Shown: one piece after another, positions 46,582-55,922 of the stretch
Position numbering within the stretch: position 1 is the stretch's first letter
How the letters are laid out: each line of letters begins with the position of its first letter
Position numbers and translations under genes: made by a program
The notes under the pieces: model-generated
Database searches by the model: none
The model's input: the letters and a program-made list of their open reading frames with translations, nothing else
Told to the model about the DNA's origin: nothing
NCBI GenBank assembly: GCA_965247845.1
Contig: OZ252040.1
Coordinates: 95,615 to 159,614 of the forward strand
Source of the DNA: Nitrospirales bacterium
GTDB taxonomy: Bacteria; Nitrospirota; Nitrospiria; Nitrospirales; UBA8639
DNA: 64,000 nt
Direction: 5' to 3'

Positions 46582-46646
46582 GAACGTGCCGGTGCCGGGG
46601 CGAGGTCGGGTTTCTGAAAGAACCCATACCTCGCCCCGGCACGTTC
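46582..46646 (+). terminator. Long GC-rich hairpin downstream of hsp20 (no U-tract)
   Basis: GTGCCGGGGCGAGGT ... ACCTCGCCCCGGCAC (15-bp perfect stem, extendable to GAACG/CGTTC). Confidence 0.4.
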
Positions 46647-46761
46647 GGCCGTTCCCTCAATCCTCCGGCATTCAACCTCTCTCTCGTTTTTTCCTTCCTC
46701 ACGATCTTCTTGTGAAAAATGTGTTTCTCGTTTAATCTGCCTCCCCTGATCGTGGCCTTCC

Positions 46762-46807
46762 CGCAAGGCCAATTCCTCGTGAGGCCAATCCCCCGTGAGG
46801 CAATCCA
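46762..46807 (+). repeat. Three tandem ~16-nt units ending at the arfB start
   Basis: CGCAAGGCCAATTCCT / CGTGAGGCCAATCCCC / CGTGAGGCAATCCA-ATG. Confidence 0.6.
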
Positions 46808-47245
46808 ATGAAAGGGCGAGTGCTTGCCGTAACAGCCAAGCTGTTCATTCCGGAACAGGAGCTCCAATTTCGCGCATCGCGCAGCAGTGGGCCGGGAGGG
46901 CAAAATGTTAACAAGGTGAATACGCGCGTGATGCTGCATTTTGACATCATGAACTCTCCGTCGTTGACAGCCATGCAAAAATCCCTGATCAGCAGAAAAC
47001 TCAAAACTCGGATCAACAAGGAGGGGATTTTATATTTGTATGCTCAACGAGCTTCGAGTCAGGCGATGAATCGAGCCGATTTGCTCGAAAAGTTTTGCCG
47101 GCTTCTTCACGAGGCCCTGACTCCCCCGAAGATCCGAAAAAAGACCCAGATCTCCAAAAATTCCATTGCGAAGCGATTGGATCAAAAAAAACGGCGGGGA
47201 TGGGTCAAGCAATTGCGCAATCAGCCGGTCCGGATCGACGACTGA
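46808..47245 (+). CDS. arfB: Alternative ribosome-rescue factor ArfB (peptidyl-tRNA hydrolase)
   Basis: GGQ motif SSGPGGQNVNKVNTRV and a basic C-terminal tail. Confidence 0.9.
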   Translation: MKGRVLAVTAKLFIPEQELQFRASRSSGPGGQNVNKVNTRVMLHFDIMNSPSLTAMQKSLISRKLKTRINKEGILYLYAQRASSQAMNRADLLEKFCRLLHEALTPPKIRKKTQISKNSIAKRLDQKKRRGWVKQLRNQPVRIDD

Positions 47246-47284
47246 CCATTCACAGGACTTGAGTCAACGTAAAAGAGGTGTTTC

Positions 47285-49366
47285 GTGCCGCCAACCAACC
47301 AAGATGTGTCCCTCGTGATCTTGAATCCTCCCCTCGCCAAAACGATTCCCACGACCTTGGAAAAACATGGCCAGTCGCGGGCGGATAATTATTCTTGGTT
47401 GTCCGAACGTGACAATCCCGACGTGCTGGCCTATCTCAAGGAAGAGAATGACTATGCTCAGGGAGTCATGGCCCACCGATCCAAGTTCGAAGAAACCCTT
47501 TTTGAAGAGATCAAGGGGAGAATCAAACAAACCGACTCGTCTGTTCCCTACAAACTCGATGACTACTACTATTACACGAGATATGAGGAAGGGAAAGAAT
47601 ATCCTCTGTACTGCCGAAAGCGAGAGACGTTGGAAGCCCCAGAAGAGATGATGTTAGACGTGAACGTGTTGGCTGAGGGCCATGAATTTTTCTCCATTGG
47701 CGGGATGGCCATAAGTTTTGCCCAGGATCTGCTCGCGTATGCGTTTGATACGCAAGGAAGACGCATGTACACGGTTCGATTCAAGAATGTGGCAACCGGT
47801 GAGTTGTTGGATGATGTTCTTGAATGTGTGACGGGAAACATCGCCTGGGCAAATGACAATAGGACGCTCTTTTATAGCAAACAAGATCCGAACACCCTGC
47901 GCGCGTTTCAAATTTTTCGACATCAGTTGGGTCGTGACCCGTCTTCTGATGTATTAGTGTTCGAAGAAGAGGACGAGACGTTTTCCACGGCTGTCTTCAA
48001 GACCAAATCGAAGCAGTACCTCATGATTGCTTCGTCTCAAACCGTGAGTACGGAGTATCGCTATCTCTCAGCGGATCATCCCGACGGCGAATTTTCGGTG
48101 TTTTCCCCTCGTGAACGGTTTCATGAATATGACGTCGATCATTACCAGGACGCATTTTATATTCGCACGAACTGGGGCGCGAAGAACTTTCGCCTCATGA
48201 AGACGCCTCTCCAGCAAACGAGCCGGTCATCGTGGCAAGAGGTCCTTTCGCCCCGCGATGACGTCCTGCTTGAATCCTTTGAATTATTTCGAGACTTCCT
48301 CGTGGCGGAAGAGCGGCATCAGGGCTTGATGCAGTTACGAATTATTCCGTGGAGTGGGGGAGGCGAACATTATGTGGACTTTGGGGAGCCGACGTATTTA
48401 GCAGAGTTGGGAGAAAATCCTGATTTTCATACGTCGACCTTGCGGTATGGATATACCTCCATGACAACGCCGGATTCCGTGTATGACTATGATATGAACA
48501 CCCACAACAAGGTCTTACTGAAACAAGAAGAGGTCTTAGGTGGGTTTGAGATCTCGCACTATGCCACTGAACGAACGTGGGCCACGGCATCAGACGGAAA
48601 ACAAATTCCGATTTCGTTGGTGTACCGAAAAAACCTTCAAAAACCTGGTGGGAATCCTCTGCTGCTGTATGGCTATGGCGCCTATGGGATGAGTATGGAT
48701 GCGAACTTTCGTTCTCCACGCTTAAGCCTTCTTGATCGTGGTTTCGTGTTTGCCATTGCGCATATCCGAGGAGGGGAAGAGTTAGGCCGTGAATGGTATG
48801 AGACTGGAAAACTCTTTCACAAGAAAAATACGTTTACAGATTTTATTGCCTGTGCCGAACATCTGATGCAAGAAGGCTATGCAACCCCAGAGCAATTATA
48901 TGCGATGGGTGGCAGCGCCGGAGGGCTGCTCATGGGGGCGGTGGTCAACATGCGGCCTGATCTGTTTCACGGGGTGGTGGCACAAGTCCCGTTTGTCGAC
49001 GTCATGACCACGATGTTGGATTCGAAGATTCCCCTGACCACGGGAGAATACGATGAATGGGGCGATCCTAACCAAAAAGAGTATTACGAGTATATCGTGT
49101 CCTATTCCCCTTATGATAATGCCACTGCACAGGCCTACCCTCATTTACTGGTGACCACGGCGCTCCATGATTCCCAAGTGCAATATTGGGAGCCTGCGAA
49201 ATGGGTGGCCAAATTGCGTCGTGTGAAAACCAACCAGAACCGATTGCTCCTCAAAACCAACATGGAGGCAGGTCATGGAGGGGCCTCGGGCCGGTTTCAG
49301 CGATATAAAGAATTGGCATTCATTTACACCTTCCTCTTAGATTTGGCGAACCTGGCTGAATCGTGA
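47285..49366 (+). CDS. ptrB: Oligopeptidase B / S9A prolyl oligopeptidase family
   Basis: N-terminal propeller plus catalytic GGSAGGLL. The D and H of the triad lie in the C-terminal region (YDEWGDP..., EAGHGG). GTG start. Confidence 0.85.
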   Translation: MPPTNQDVSLVILNPPLAKTIPTTLEKHGQSRADNYSWLSERDNPDVLAYLKEENDYAQGVMAHRSKFEETLFEEIKGRIKQTDSSVPYKLDDYYYYTRYEEGKEYPLYCRKRETLEAPEEMMLDVNVLAEGHEFFSIGGMAISFAQDLLAYAFDTQGRRMYTVRFKNVATGELLDDVLECVTGNIAWANDNRTLFYSKQDPNTLRAFQIFRHQLGRDPSSDVLVFEEEDETFSTAVFKTKSKQYLMIASSQTVSTEYRYLSADHPDGEFSVFSPRERFHEYDVDHYQDAFYIRTNWGAKNFRLMKTPLQQTSRSSWQEVLSPRDDVLLESFELFRDFLVAEERHQGLMQLRIIPWSGGGEHYVDFGEPTYLAELGENPDFHTSTLRYGYTSMTTPDSVYDYDMNTHNKVLLKQEEVLGGFEISHYATERTWATASDGKQIPISLVYRKNLQKPGGNPLLLYGYGAYGMSMDANFRSPRLSLLDRGFVFAIAHIRGGEELGREWYETGKLFHKKNTFTDFIACAEHLMQEGYATPEQLYAMGGSAGGLLMGAVVNMRPDLFHGVVAQVPFVDVMTTMLDSKIPLTTGEYDEWGDPNQKEYYEYIVSYSPYDNATAQAYPHLLVTTALHDSQVQYWEPAKWVAKLRRVKTNQNRLLLKTNMEAGHGGASGRFQRYKELAFIYTFLLDLANLAES

Positions 49367-49394
49367 GCCCGTCCCTTAACAGGCGGTTGCAAGG

Positions 49395-49555
49395 CAGGAT
49401 GTTCAAAAAGGCCCGTCCAGCAAGGCCGCAGGGCCGTTGGCGCGCGGAGCGTACACGGAGTACGTGAGCGCGAACGGCGCGAAGAGCGCCAAGGTTGTGA
49501 GCCCGAAGGCGACAACGGGCCGAGAACGCCGCTGGCGGTTTTTTTCAACATCCTG
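49395..49555. mobile_element. 161-bp MITE-like element with terminal inverted repeats
   Basis: CAGGATGTTCAAAAA ... TTTTTCAACATCCTG (1 mismatch) around a GC-rich interior. Its right end abuts the sigma-factor stop codon. Confidence 0.6.
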
Positions 49556-50806
49556 TTAACACATCGCGGCTAACTGCGCCTTAATCGCCGGCTCGCGCAG
49601 TTTTTTGAGCGCCAGCACTTCGATTTGTCGAATCCGTTCACGCGTCACATTCATCAGTTTGCCCACTTCCTCAAGCGTTCGGGACTGTCCGTTGCCGATT
49701 CCGAAACGTAACCGAATAACTTGTTCTTCGCGTGGCGTCAGGACCTCAAGAATATGATTGAGTTGGGCCTTCATTTGTTCATCTTGAATAGTTTCATCCG
49801 GAAGCGAAGCATTGTTATCCGGGATGCAGTCTTCCAAGAACTGCTCCCCGTCGGTATTGGGATGGTCAAAAGAAATCGGTTCCAAAAACGCTTGCGTCGT
49901 GTGCCGCACTCGTTCAGGATTGATGGCTAAGGCCAAGGCAATTTCCTCGTTGGAGGGCTCGCGGCCTAGCTGTTGAGCCAAACGGTGTGAGGCCCTGATC
50001 ATGCGTTGCCACGCTTCGGTCGTATGAACCGGCACTCGAATGGTTCGGGACTGGTCAGCCACGGCGCGTAAAATTCCCTGGCGTACCCACCACGTGGCAT
50101 AGGTGCTGAATTTGAACCCTTTCCGGTATTGGAAACGTTCGGCCGCACGCATCAACCCAATGTTCCCTTCTTGAATGAGATCCAAAAAACTCAGCCCGCG
50201 TCCCGTAAAACGTTTGGCAATATCAACGACAAGGCGGAGGTTCCGTTGAACCAGCCCTTCTTTTGCTCGCTCCAATTGCATACGGTCTGAGGCTAACTCG
50301 TCTTGAAGCCGTTGCAGCCGTTTTCCGAGCATACGGGTTTTGAGTCCACGAGTGGATAGGGCGTTCCTGAGTCCGGACAATCGTTCCTGTGCCTCATCCA
50401 GAGCTGGAGCCGATAAGCCACTCAGACCACGAATTTCGGTCAGAGAGTGCAACGCCTCATGAAACTCAGGTTTGTCGCCGAGCGCGCCGACATATTGAAT
50501 GACCTTGGTGAGCACGGTCCGAATGCTTCGGCTACTCTCGTCGATCCGTTTGGCCAGTTCCAATTCCTCATTTCGATCTAGAAGAGGGCGTGATCGAAAG
50601 GTTCGAAAATAGATGGGTTCGAGCGCGGTGTTTTTGGGTTCCTTGCTTCCATCTTTTTCATCGCGCGAGAAATCTTCGACCGCGGTATCCAGCGTGGGAC
50701 CACCGTCAGGGAAGAAATTCGAGACGAGAAACTTACCTTTTGTCGAATTCCGATTCTTTCTCTTCTCGGCATCGAACGGCTTGTTGGCGAGCATTGTGTT
50801 GTCCAT
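49556..50806 (-). CDS. RNA polymerase sigma-70 family factor (RpoD/RpoS-like, group 1/2)
   Basis: IQEGNIGLMRAAERFQYRKGFKFSTYATWWVRQGI, and region 4 TLEEVGKLMNVTRERIRQIE. Confidence 0.9.
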   Translation of the reverse strand: MDNTMLANKPFDAEKRKNRNSTKGKFLVSNFFPDGGPTLDTAVEDFSRDEKDGSKEPKNTALEPIYFRTFRSRPLLDRNEELELAKRIDESSRSIRTVLTKVIQYVGALGDKPEFHEALHSLTEIRGLSGLSAPALDEAQERLSGLRNALSTRGLKTRMLGKRLQRLQDELASDRMQLERAKEGLVQRNLRLVVDIAKRFTGRGLSFLDLIQEGNIGLMRAAERFQYRKGFKFSTYATWWVRQGILRAVADQSRTIRVPVHTTEAWQRMIRASHRLAQQLGREPSNEEIALALAINPERVRHTTQAFLEPISFDHPNTDGEQFLEDCIPDNNASLPDETIQDEQMKAQLNHILEVLTPREEQVIRLRFGIGNGQSRTLEEVGKLMNVTRERIRQIEVLALKKLREPAIKAQLAAMC

Positions 50807-50853
50807 GGGTCTCTCCTTTCTTCATCACGATTGATTGTCTTCCTGCATGCTGG

Positions 50854-52389
50854 TTACACGTTGACAGTGAGAAACAGTGGTGTTCCTTGCCGATGGATAA
50901 ACAAGAGAATCGTTTGTTTGTTCGGTAAGGCCTTCACCGCCTGCCGAAATTCTTTCAACGATTGAACCGGTTCATGGTTGATCTCACGGATAATGTCACC
51001 TTGAACGAGTCCAGCCTCTTCGGCTTGACTGCCTACACGAATGTCCATGACCACGACACCCGTCATGTGACCGTCAACGCCGAGTTGTTTTGCCAGGCGT
51101 GGGGTGAGATCCTCTACGGTCAGCCCTGCCAGACGAGACTCAGCGTCCGGTTGCTGCGCGGAGGCGACTTGTTGACCCATCGGATGCTCAATGATGGTCG
51201 TGCGCAAGGATTGTTCCTGCCCATCACGCATGATCACGATCGTGACGTCAGTCCCCACGCTGGTGGTGGTCACCGCCCGTTGTAAGTCCCTGGGATTGGC
51301 AATAGGCTGTTCTTGATATCGAATGATGGTGTCTCCTCGTTGGAGTCCGGCACGGTCTGCCGGGCTTTCTGCACGGACCTCGGTCACGATGGTTCCGGCA
51401 GGGCGATCTAAGTGAAACGATTTGGCCAGCTCAGGGGTGACGCCTTGAATCCCGACGCCTAAAAACCCACGGGTGACCTTTCCGGTCGTCACGAGGTTTG
51501 TATAGACGTGTTGCCCCATGCTGGCGGGCACGGCAAACCCCACACCTTGATATCCGCCCGTTCTTGAGAGAATGGCGGTGTTAATGCCGACTAATTCGCC
51601 ACGCATGTTGACCAAGGCGCCGCCGGAATTTCCGGGATTGATCGCAGCATCGGTTTGAATGAAGTCTTCATACTGCGTGATGCCTATGCCGCCACGATCC
51701 TTAGCACTCACGATGCCTTGCGTGACGGTGGAGTGCAGCCCGAAAGGACTCCCGATCGCGAGGACATAGTCGCCAACCTCAAGTTTGGACGAATCACCCC
51801 AAGGGATGAACGGCAGGTTGTCTCCTTGAATTTTAATCACAGCCAAATCTGTTTGCGGGTCGCTCCCCACAATCGAACCGGCGAACTCTCGTTTATCGAG
51901 CATGGCCACTGTCACCGTTTTTGCTCCTTCGATGACGTGGTGGTTGGTGACCACGTACCCGTCAGGACTCACGATGACTCCAGAGCCCATACCCATCCCG
52001 CGAGGCTCTTGCCGCTGGTCGGGAAAAGGAGGCATCCCAAAGAAGTTTTTGCCTTGCGGCCCGTGATTGAACCAATCGGGGAGGCCGGGAGTCTGGGAGA
52101 ATCCAGTGTCCATGGCTTTTGAGGCGGTGATATTGACGACGGCCGGTCTGACCGCTTTGACAATGTGCGCAAATCCATGCCCGACCTGAGAATCAGGTTG
52201 GACGGTCTGAGCGATAGAATGAGGCGTCGAGAGAGCGGACTGTGTCGGAGATCCCACCGCGCCGGTTGAAAAGGCGGCGACGAACATTCCCGAAATGGCT
52301 AAGCCCATCGCGAGGCCGATCAGGACCTTTTTTCTGTCCTGCATCATGGTGAGGGCTGTGAACGATGGGCTGTGCAGCGGTTGTTTCAT
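50854..52389 (-). CDS. Periplasmic serine endoprotease DegP/DegQ/HtrA (two PDZ domains)
   Basis: Start at ATG 52389 (AGGAGG upstream). Catalytic GNSGGALVN and two PDZ regions. Confidence 0.9.
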   Translation of the reverse strand: MKQPLHSPSFTALTMMQDRKKVLIGLAMGLAISGMFVAAFSTGAVGSPTQSALSTPHSIAQTVQPDSQVGHGFAHIVKAVRPAVVNITASKAMDTGFSQTPGLPDWFNHGPQGKNFFGMPPFPDQRQEPRGMGMGSGVIVSPDGYVVTNHHVIEGAKTVTVAMLDKREFAGSIVGSDPQTDLAVIKIQGDNLPFIPWGDSSKLEVGDYVLAIGSPFGLHSTVTQGIVSAKDRGGIGITQYEDFIQTDAAINPGNSGGALVNMRGELVGINTAILSRTGGYQGVGFAVPASMGQHVYTNLVTTGKVTRGFLGVGIQGVTPELAKSFHLDRPAGTIVTEVRAESPADRAGLQRGDTIIRYQEQPIANPRDLQRAVTTTSVGTDVTIVIMRDGQEQSLRTTIIEHPMGQQVASAQQPDAESRLAGLTVEDLTPRLAKQLGVDGHMTGVVVMDIRVGSQAEEAGLVQGDIIREINHEPVQSLKEFRQAVKALPNKQTILLFIHRQGTPLFLTVNV

Positions 52390-52539
52390 GACTTCCTCCT
52401 TCATGAAATATGGATTTGAAACGTGTACGCATTGGTTGAAATAGTTGTAACACCGGAACATGAAAAGAAAATTAACCGTGGATTAAAAACTTCTAATCCA
52501 AAAGGAGGAAAAACAGACGAGCCTAAGCGTGGGGTTGCG

Positions 52540-53949
52540 TCAGGTGGTAGACAGCAGGGGAAGGGAAATCGTAAAACAGGAACCCTGGCCGAAGGTGCTT
52601 GTGACCTCAATGGTGCCGTGGTGCGCTTCGGCAATCCATTTACAGATGGACAGGCCAAGGCCGGTGCCTTTCTGCGCATGCGCCCGTGCGGCATCGGTTC
52701 GATAAAATCGGTCGAAGATGAGACGTTGTTCATCCGGAGTCATGCCGATACCCTGGTCTTGGACCATAATCTGAGCCATCTCGTGATGTTGCTTTAAACT
52801 GAGTTGCACGGTTCCCTGTGGTGATGAATATTTGACGGCGTTATCGACCACATTCAGGAGCAGTTCTCGAAGCCGCCATTCGTCTCCCAACACTTGGAGT
52901 GGTTTGACTTGCCCTAAGGCCGTTTCGACCTGCTGCTCTTTTCCGAGTACCATGGCTTGCAGTTGAATTTCTTGCACCAACGTATCGAGTTGCACGGGAT
53001 CCGAAGCGACTTTCACCTCCCCGAGATCGGCGCGTGAGAGAAATAAAAGCTCTTCCACGATACGACTCATCCGATCAATTTCTTCCAGATTACTTTCCAG
53101 GGCTTCTCGATAGACTTCAGGGGAACGGGGCTTTCGCAGAGCCAATTCGGTTTCGCCCTTCGTGATCGTCAAGGGGGTGCGCAATTCGTGCGAGGCATCG
53201 GCGCTGAATTGACGGATTTGTCGAATCGAAGCTTCGAGCCTGGCGATCATGTCGTTAAACGTGGAAGCTAGGCGACCTATTTCGTCTTTTGAGGTCGTTT
53301 CAATACGCTGGGTGAGGTCGCCTCCTGAAATCCTTTGAGCAGCAAGGGTCATGGTGTCGACGGGTCGCAAAGCTCGGCTGGCCAAAAACCAGCCGCCTAA
53401 CATGCTCACCACCACTGCTAACGGAGAGCCGATGAGCAAGACAAACACCAAACGAGCCAGCATTTGTTCTACAGGCCGAAGAGAAATGCCGACTCGCAAG
53501 ATGTTGACGAGGGTCTCCCCATGTCGAATGGGATACGAGAGGAGTCGAATAGGGATTTCATTTTGGAACCGGACGGTTTCGAATATGGCACGGCCTTCAA
53601 GGGTCGCTTGGAGGGCGGTTTGACTGAGGGGAATATTCCGCGTTTTGATATTGGCGGACTGGAGGGTGATTTGACCTTGCGGGCCAAAAATATGGAAGAA
53701 CTTGTCAATGAGGGCAAGCTCAGGAAAAGCTTGCGTCAGGTCGTCCAACAACAGAAATGGGCCAAAGCGGTGCTCTTCGAGAGTCCGGGTGGCGGCAACA
53801 GCCGCTTCCTCCAGCGAGCGGTCGATGTGATCCTGTAACGCGCGTGCCATGACGACATAGAGCGCGCTCGCGAAGAGGATCATGATCAAGGCCAAGCCCC
53901 CACCATACCAGATGGTCAACCGGACGCGGATGGAGGTGTTAGCCCGCAT
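52540..53949 (-). CDS. Sensor histidine kinase (CusS/heavy-metal-sensor-like architecture)
   Basis: N-terminus SIRVRLTIWYGG..., HAMP, H-box FSADASHELRTPL, and an ATPase domain with the G-box GTGLGLSI. Confidence 0.85.
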   Translation of the reverse strand: MRANTSIRVRLTIWYGGGLALIMILFASALYVVMARALQDHIDRSLEEAAVAATRTLEEHRFGPFLLLDDLTQAFPELALIDKFFHIFGPQGQITLQSANIKTRNIPLSQTALQATLEGRAIFETVRFQNEIPIRLLSYPIRHGETLVNILRVGISLRPVEQMLARLVFVLLIGSPLAVVVSMLGGWFLASRALRPVDTMTLAAQRISGGDLTQRIETTSKDEIGRLASTFNDMIARLEASIRQIRQFSADASHELRTPLTITKGETELALRKPRSPEVYREALESNLEEIDRMSRIVEELLFLSRADLGEVKVASDPVQLDTLVQEIQLQAMVLGKEQQVETALGQVKPLQVLGDEWRLRELLLNVVDNAVKYSSPQGTVQLSLKQHHEMAQIMVQDQGIGMTPDEQRLIFDRFYRTDAARAHAQKGTGLGLSICKWIAEAHHGTIEVTSTFGQGSCFTISLPLLSTT

Positions 53950-53953
53950 TTCT

Positions 53954-54106
53954 CACCAGGCTTCGTCGCGAGGGCGTCGAGACGCCGCTGTGTTGAGGCG
54001 CACGGACTGCAAGACGTGAAGGCATAGTTGACACTATGTCGAAGTGGCTTGCGGGAGTACGCCCCGGCACAGCGAGTGGACCGGCGCCCGCAGCAGGAGG
54101 CTGGTG
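53954..54106. repeat. 153-bp imperfect palindromic element between the kinase and regulator genes
   Basis: Arms CACCAGGCTTCGTCGCGAGGGCGTCGAGACGCCGCTGTG and CACAGCGAGTGGACCGGCGCCCGCAGCAGGAGGCTGGTG are roughly 70 percent complementary by eye. Confidence 0.55.
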
Positions 54107-54117
54107 GGAAATGCGGG

Positions 54118-54795
54118 TTAGGCATCGGTCAACTTCAGGGTGTATCCACTGCCTCGGACGGTGTGGATGAGTTCGCGGTCATGGCCACGATCGATTTTAT
54201 TCCGGAGATAACTGATATACACGTCGATGACATTCGTGAAGGTGTCGAAATCAAGATCCCACACATGCTCGGCAATCATCGGGCGTGTGAGGACACGTCC
54301 TGTATTCCGCATCATGTATTCCAGCAACGCATATTCCTTGGAGGTCAGGTCGATCCGTTGCCCACCGCGTGTGACTTCGTGGCTGATGGGGTTCAATATT
54401 AAATCGTCGATTTGCAAAATGCCCGCCGTGTCCCCACTGGCTCGACGCAACAGGGCTCTTGCCCGGGCGATCAGTTCTTCAATGGCAAAGGGTTTGGTGA
54501 GGTAGTCGTCCGCGCCGGCATCCAGCCCTTTCACGCGTTGGTCCACTCTCGAACGAGCAGTCAAGATGAGAATCGGTGTGGCGACCTTGGCATCTCGGAC
54601 GGCTTTCAACACTTCAATGCCGGGAAGGCCGGGAAGCAGGAGATCAAGAATGATCAGATCATAGTCGACTTCCGAGGCCAAGTCTCGACCCTGAAGGCCA
54701 TCGGAACACACGTCCACCGCATAACTTTCTTCCTCCAACGCGCGGCGAATGAACGAGGCGACTTTGGGTTCGTCTTCGACAATCAGTATGCGCAC
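54118..54795 (-). CDS. OmpR-family response regulator (CusR/CpxR-like)
   Basis: (V)RILIVEDE..., DLIILDLLLPG, GADDYLTKPF, winged-helix HTVRGSGYTL. GTG start. Confidence 0.9.
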   Translation of the reverse strand: MRILIVEDEPKVASFIRRALEEESYAVDVCSDGLQGRDLASEVDYDLIILDLLLPGLPGIEVLKAVRDAKVATPILILTARSRVDQRVKGLDAGADDYLTKPFAIEELIARARALLRRASGDTAGILQIDDLILNPISHEVTRGGQRIDLTSKEYALLEYMMRNTGRVLTRPMIAEHVWDLDFDTFTNVIDVYISYLRNKIDRGHDRELIHTVRGSGYTLKLTDA

Positions 54796-55007
54796 AGTGA
54801 ATTATTATATCATGGATAGCGAAGCCGAGGAGTGTCCTGAAAGACCTGGAGGGGTGTCGCGGCGCGATCCCTGCTCGGTGGCAGGGACATGCCTTATCGC
54901 ACTTTCTTCTTTCTCTCCCGTAGCTGCGCGATCTTATCGCGCCTGCCGGAAAGCCCACGGAAAATCTCATGGCCGGGAGAGGTAAACAGAATGAACGGGT
55001 TTCACGC

Positions 55008-55397
55008 TTAGTCGGAATTTTTTAAGCGAAACCCATATTGTCGGCTTGTCAGCGCGACCATATTTCCAGTCGTTTTGTCATAGTAGGCTGCTTGCCACGA
55101 GGGTTGTCCCTGGTCATCAAGAATGGTCGCGGCACAACGGACAACTTTATCAAGCGCTTTCTTTTCGGCAAGCGGGAGCGCGTGCCATTGAGGACCAATA
55201 TGGACCCACAGCAAATTGGACATGCTGGGTGGATGAGTCGTGCCGTGGATTCCCTTATCAGCATACGTAGCTAACGTGGCTTCGGCCTCTTGCGGGTTAC
55301 ATGGTGGGGGCTCTAGCCAGTACACCCAAATGGCCAAGAGAAAAAGGCTCATGGCAACCAGGCTGATCGGCAGAATTCGGTGAGACGATTTGACCAT
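55008..55397 (-). CDS. Hypothetical membrane-anchored/secreted protein
   Basis: N-terminal hydrophobic anchor ILPISLVAMSLFLLAIWVYW. No family recognised. Confidence 0.45.
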   Translation of the reverse strand: MVKSSHRILPISLVAMSLFLLAIWVYWLEPPPCNPQEAEATLATYADKGIHGTTHPPSMSNLLWVHIGPQWHALPLAEKKALDKVVRCAATILDDQGQPSWQAAYYDKTTGNMVALTSRQYGFRLKNSD

Positions 55398-55469
55398 ATT
55401 CTAAGGGTAGAGAGATCCGTCCATGAAAACAAGACTCTTGGTTTTTTACGGCGAATTTCTTTCGTTCAA

Positions 55470-55521
55470 CAGATTCTTCGCAAAACACCAGTGTGGTCAT
55501 CCTGAGCAACGCGAAGGATCT
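55470..55521. repeat. R2-family hairpin repeat
   Basis: CAGATTCTTCGC...GTCATCCTGAGCAACGCGAAGGATCT. Confidence 0.6.
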
Positions 55522-55557
55522 GTTTTTAAAGGCTCCCATTTTTGCTAACATCGTATT

Positions 55558-55632
55558 GATGTGTATAAATATTTTAATATTACACATCTTGACTGCACAA
55601 ATATATACACAGTATCATGTGTATCACATGAT
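55558..55632 (+). promoter_or_regulatory. Promoter with operator palindromes of the RHH-PIN module
   Basis: GATGTGTA-N15-TACACATC (55558-55588), TTGACT (55589-55594), 18 nt, TATCAT (55613-55618), and ATCATGTG-TAT-CACATGAT (55614-55632). Confidence 0.6.
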
Positions 55633-55649
55633 CTGAAAAAGGAGAAGAT

Positions 55650-55922
55650 ATGGCTCGCATCAATGTCATGATTCAAGAAGAAATTTTAAAAGAGGTCAAT
55701 CGCGCAGCAGCGGAGGAAAAGCTGAGTCGTAGTGCCTTACTCCAGAAAGCGGTGCGCCGGTATTTAGAGGGGCAGAGGTTGGAAAAAGAAGCCAACGAAC
55801 GCAAGAAACGTATGCAAAAAGCCGCTGCAAACATGGACAGACTGGCAGACAAATTCGGCAAGTGGGATGGAGTAGGAACCATCCGTCAGTTTCGTGACCA
55901 GCGGACCGGAGCGAAGCGATGA
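55650..55922 (+). CDS. Ribbon-helix-helix (CopG-type) antitoxin
   Basis: MARINVMIQEEILKEVNRAAAEEKLSRSALLQKAVRRYL. 4-nt overlap with the PIN gene. Confidence 0.8.
   Translation: MARINVMIQEEILKEVNRAAAEEKLSRSALLQKAVRRYLEGQRLEKEANERKKRMQKAAANMDRLADKFGKWDGVGTIRQFRDQRTGAKR

Noticed and set aside
49324-49551. 75-aa minus-strand ORF
   Set aside because: It lies almost entirely within the 161-bp TIR element, and its composition is repeat-derived (rich in R, S and P).
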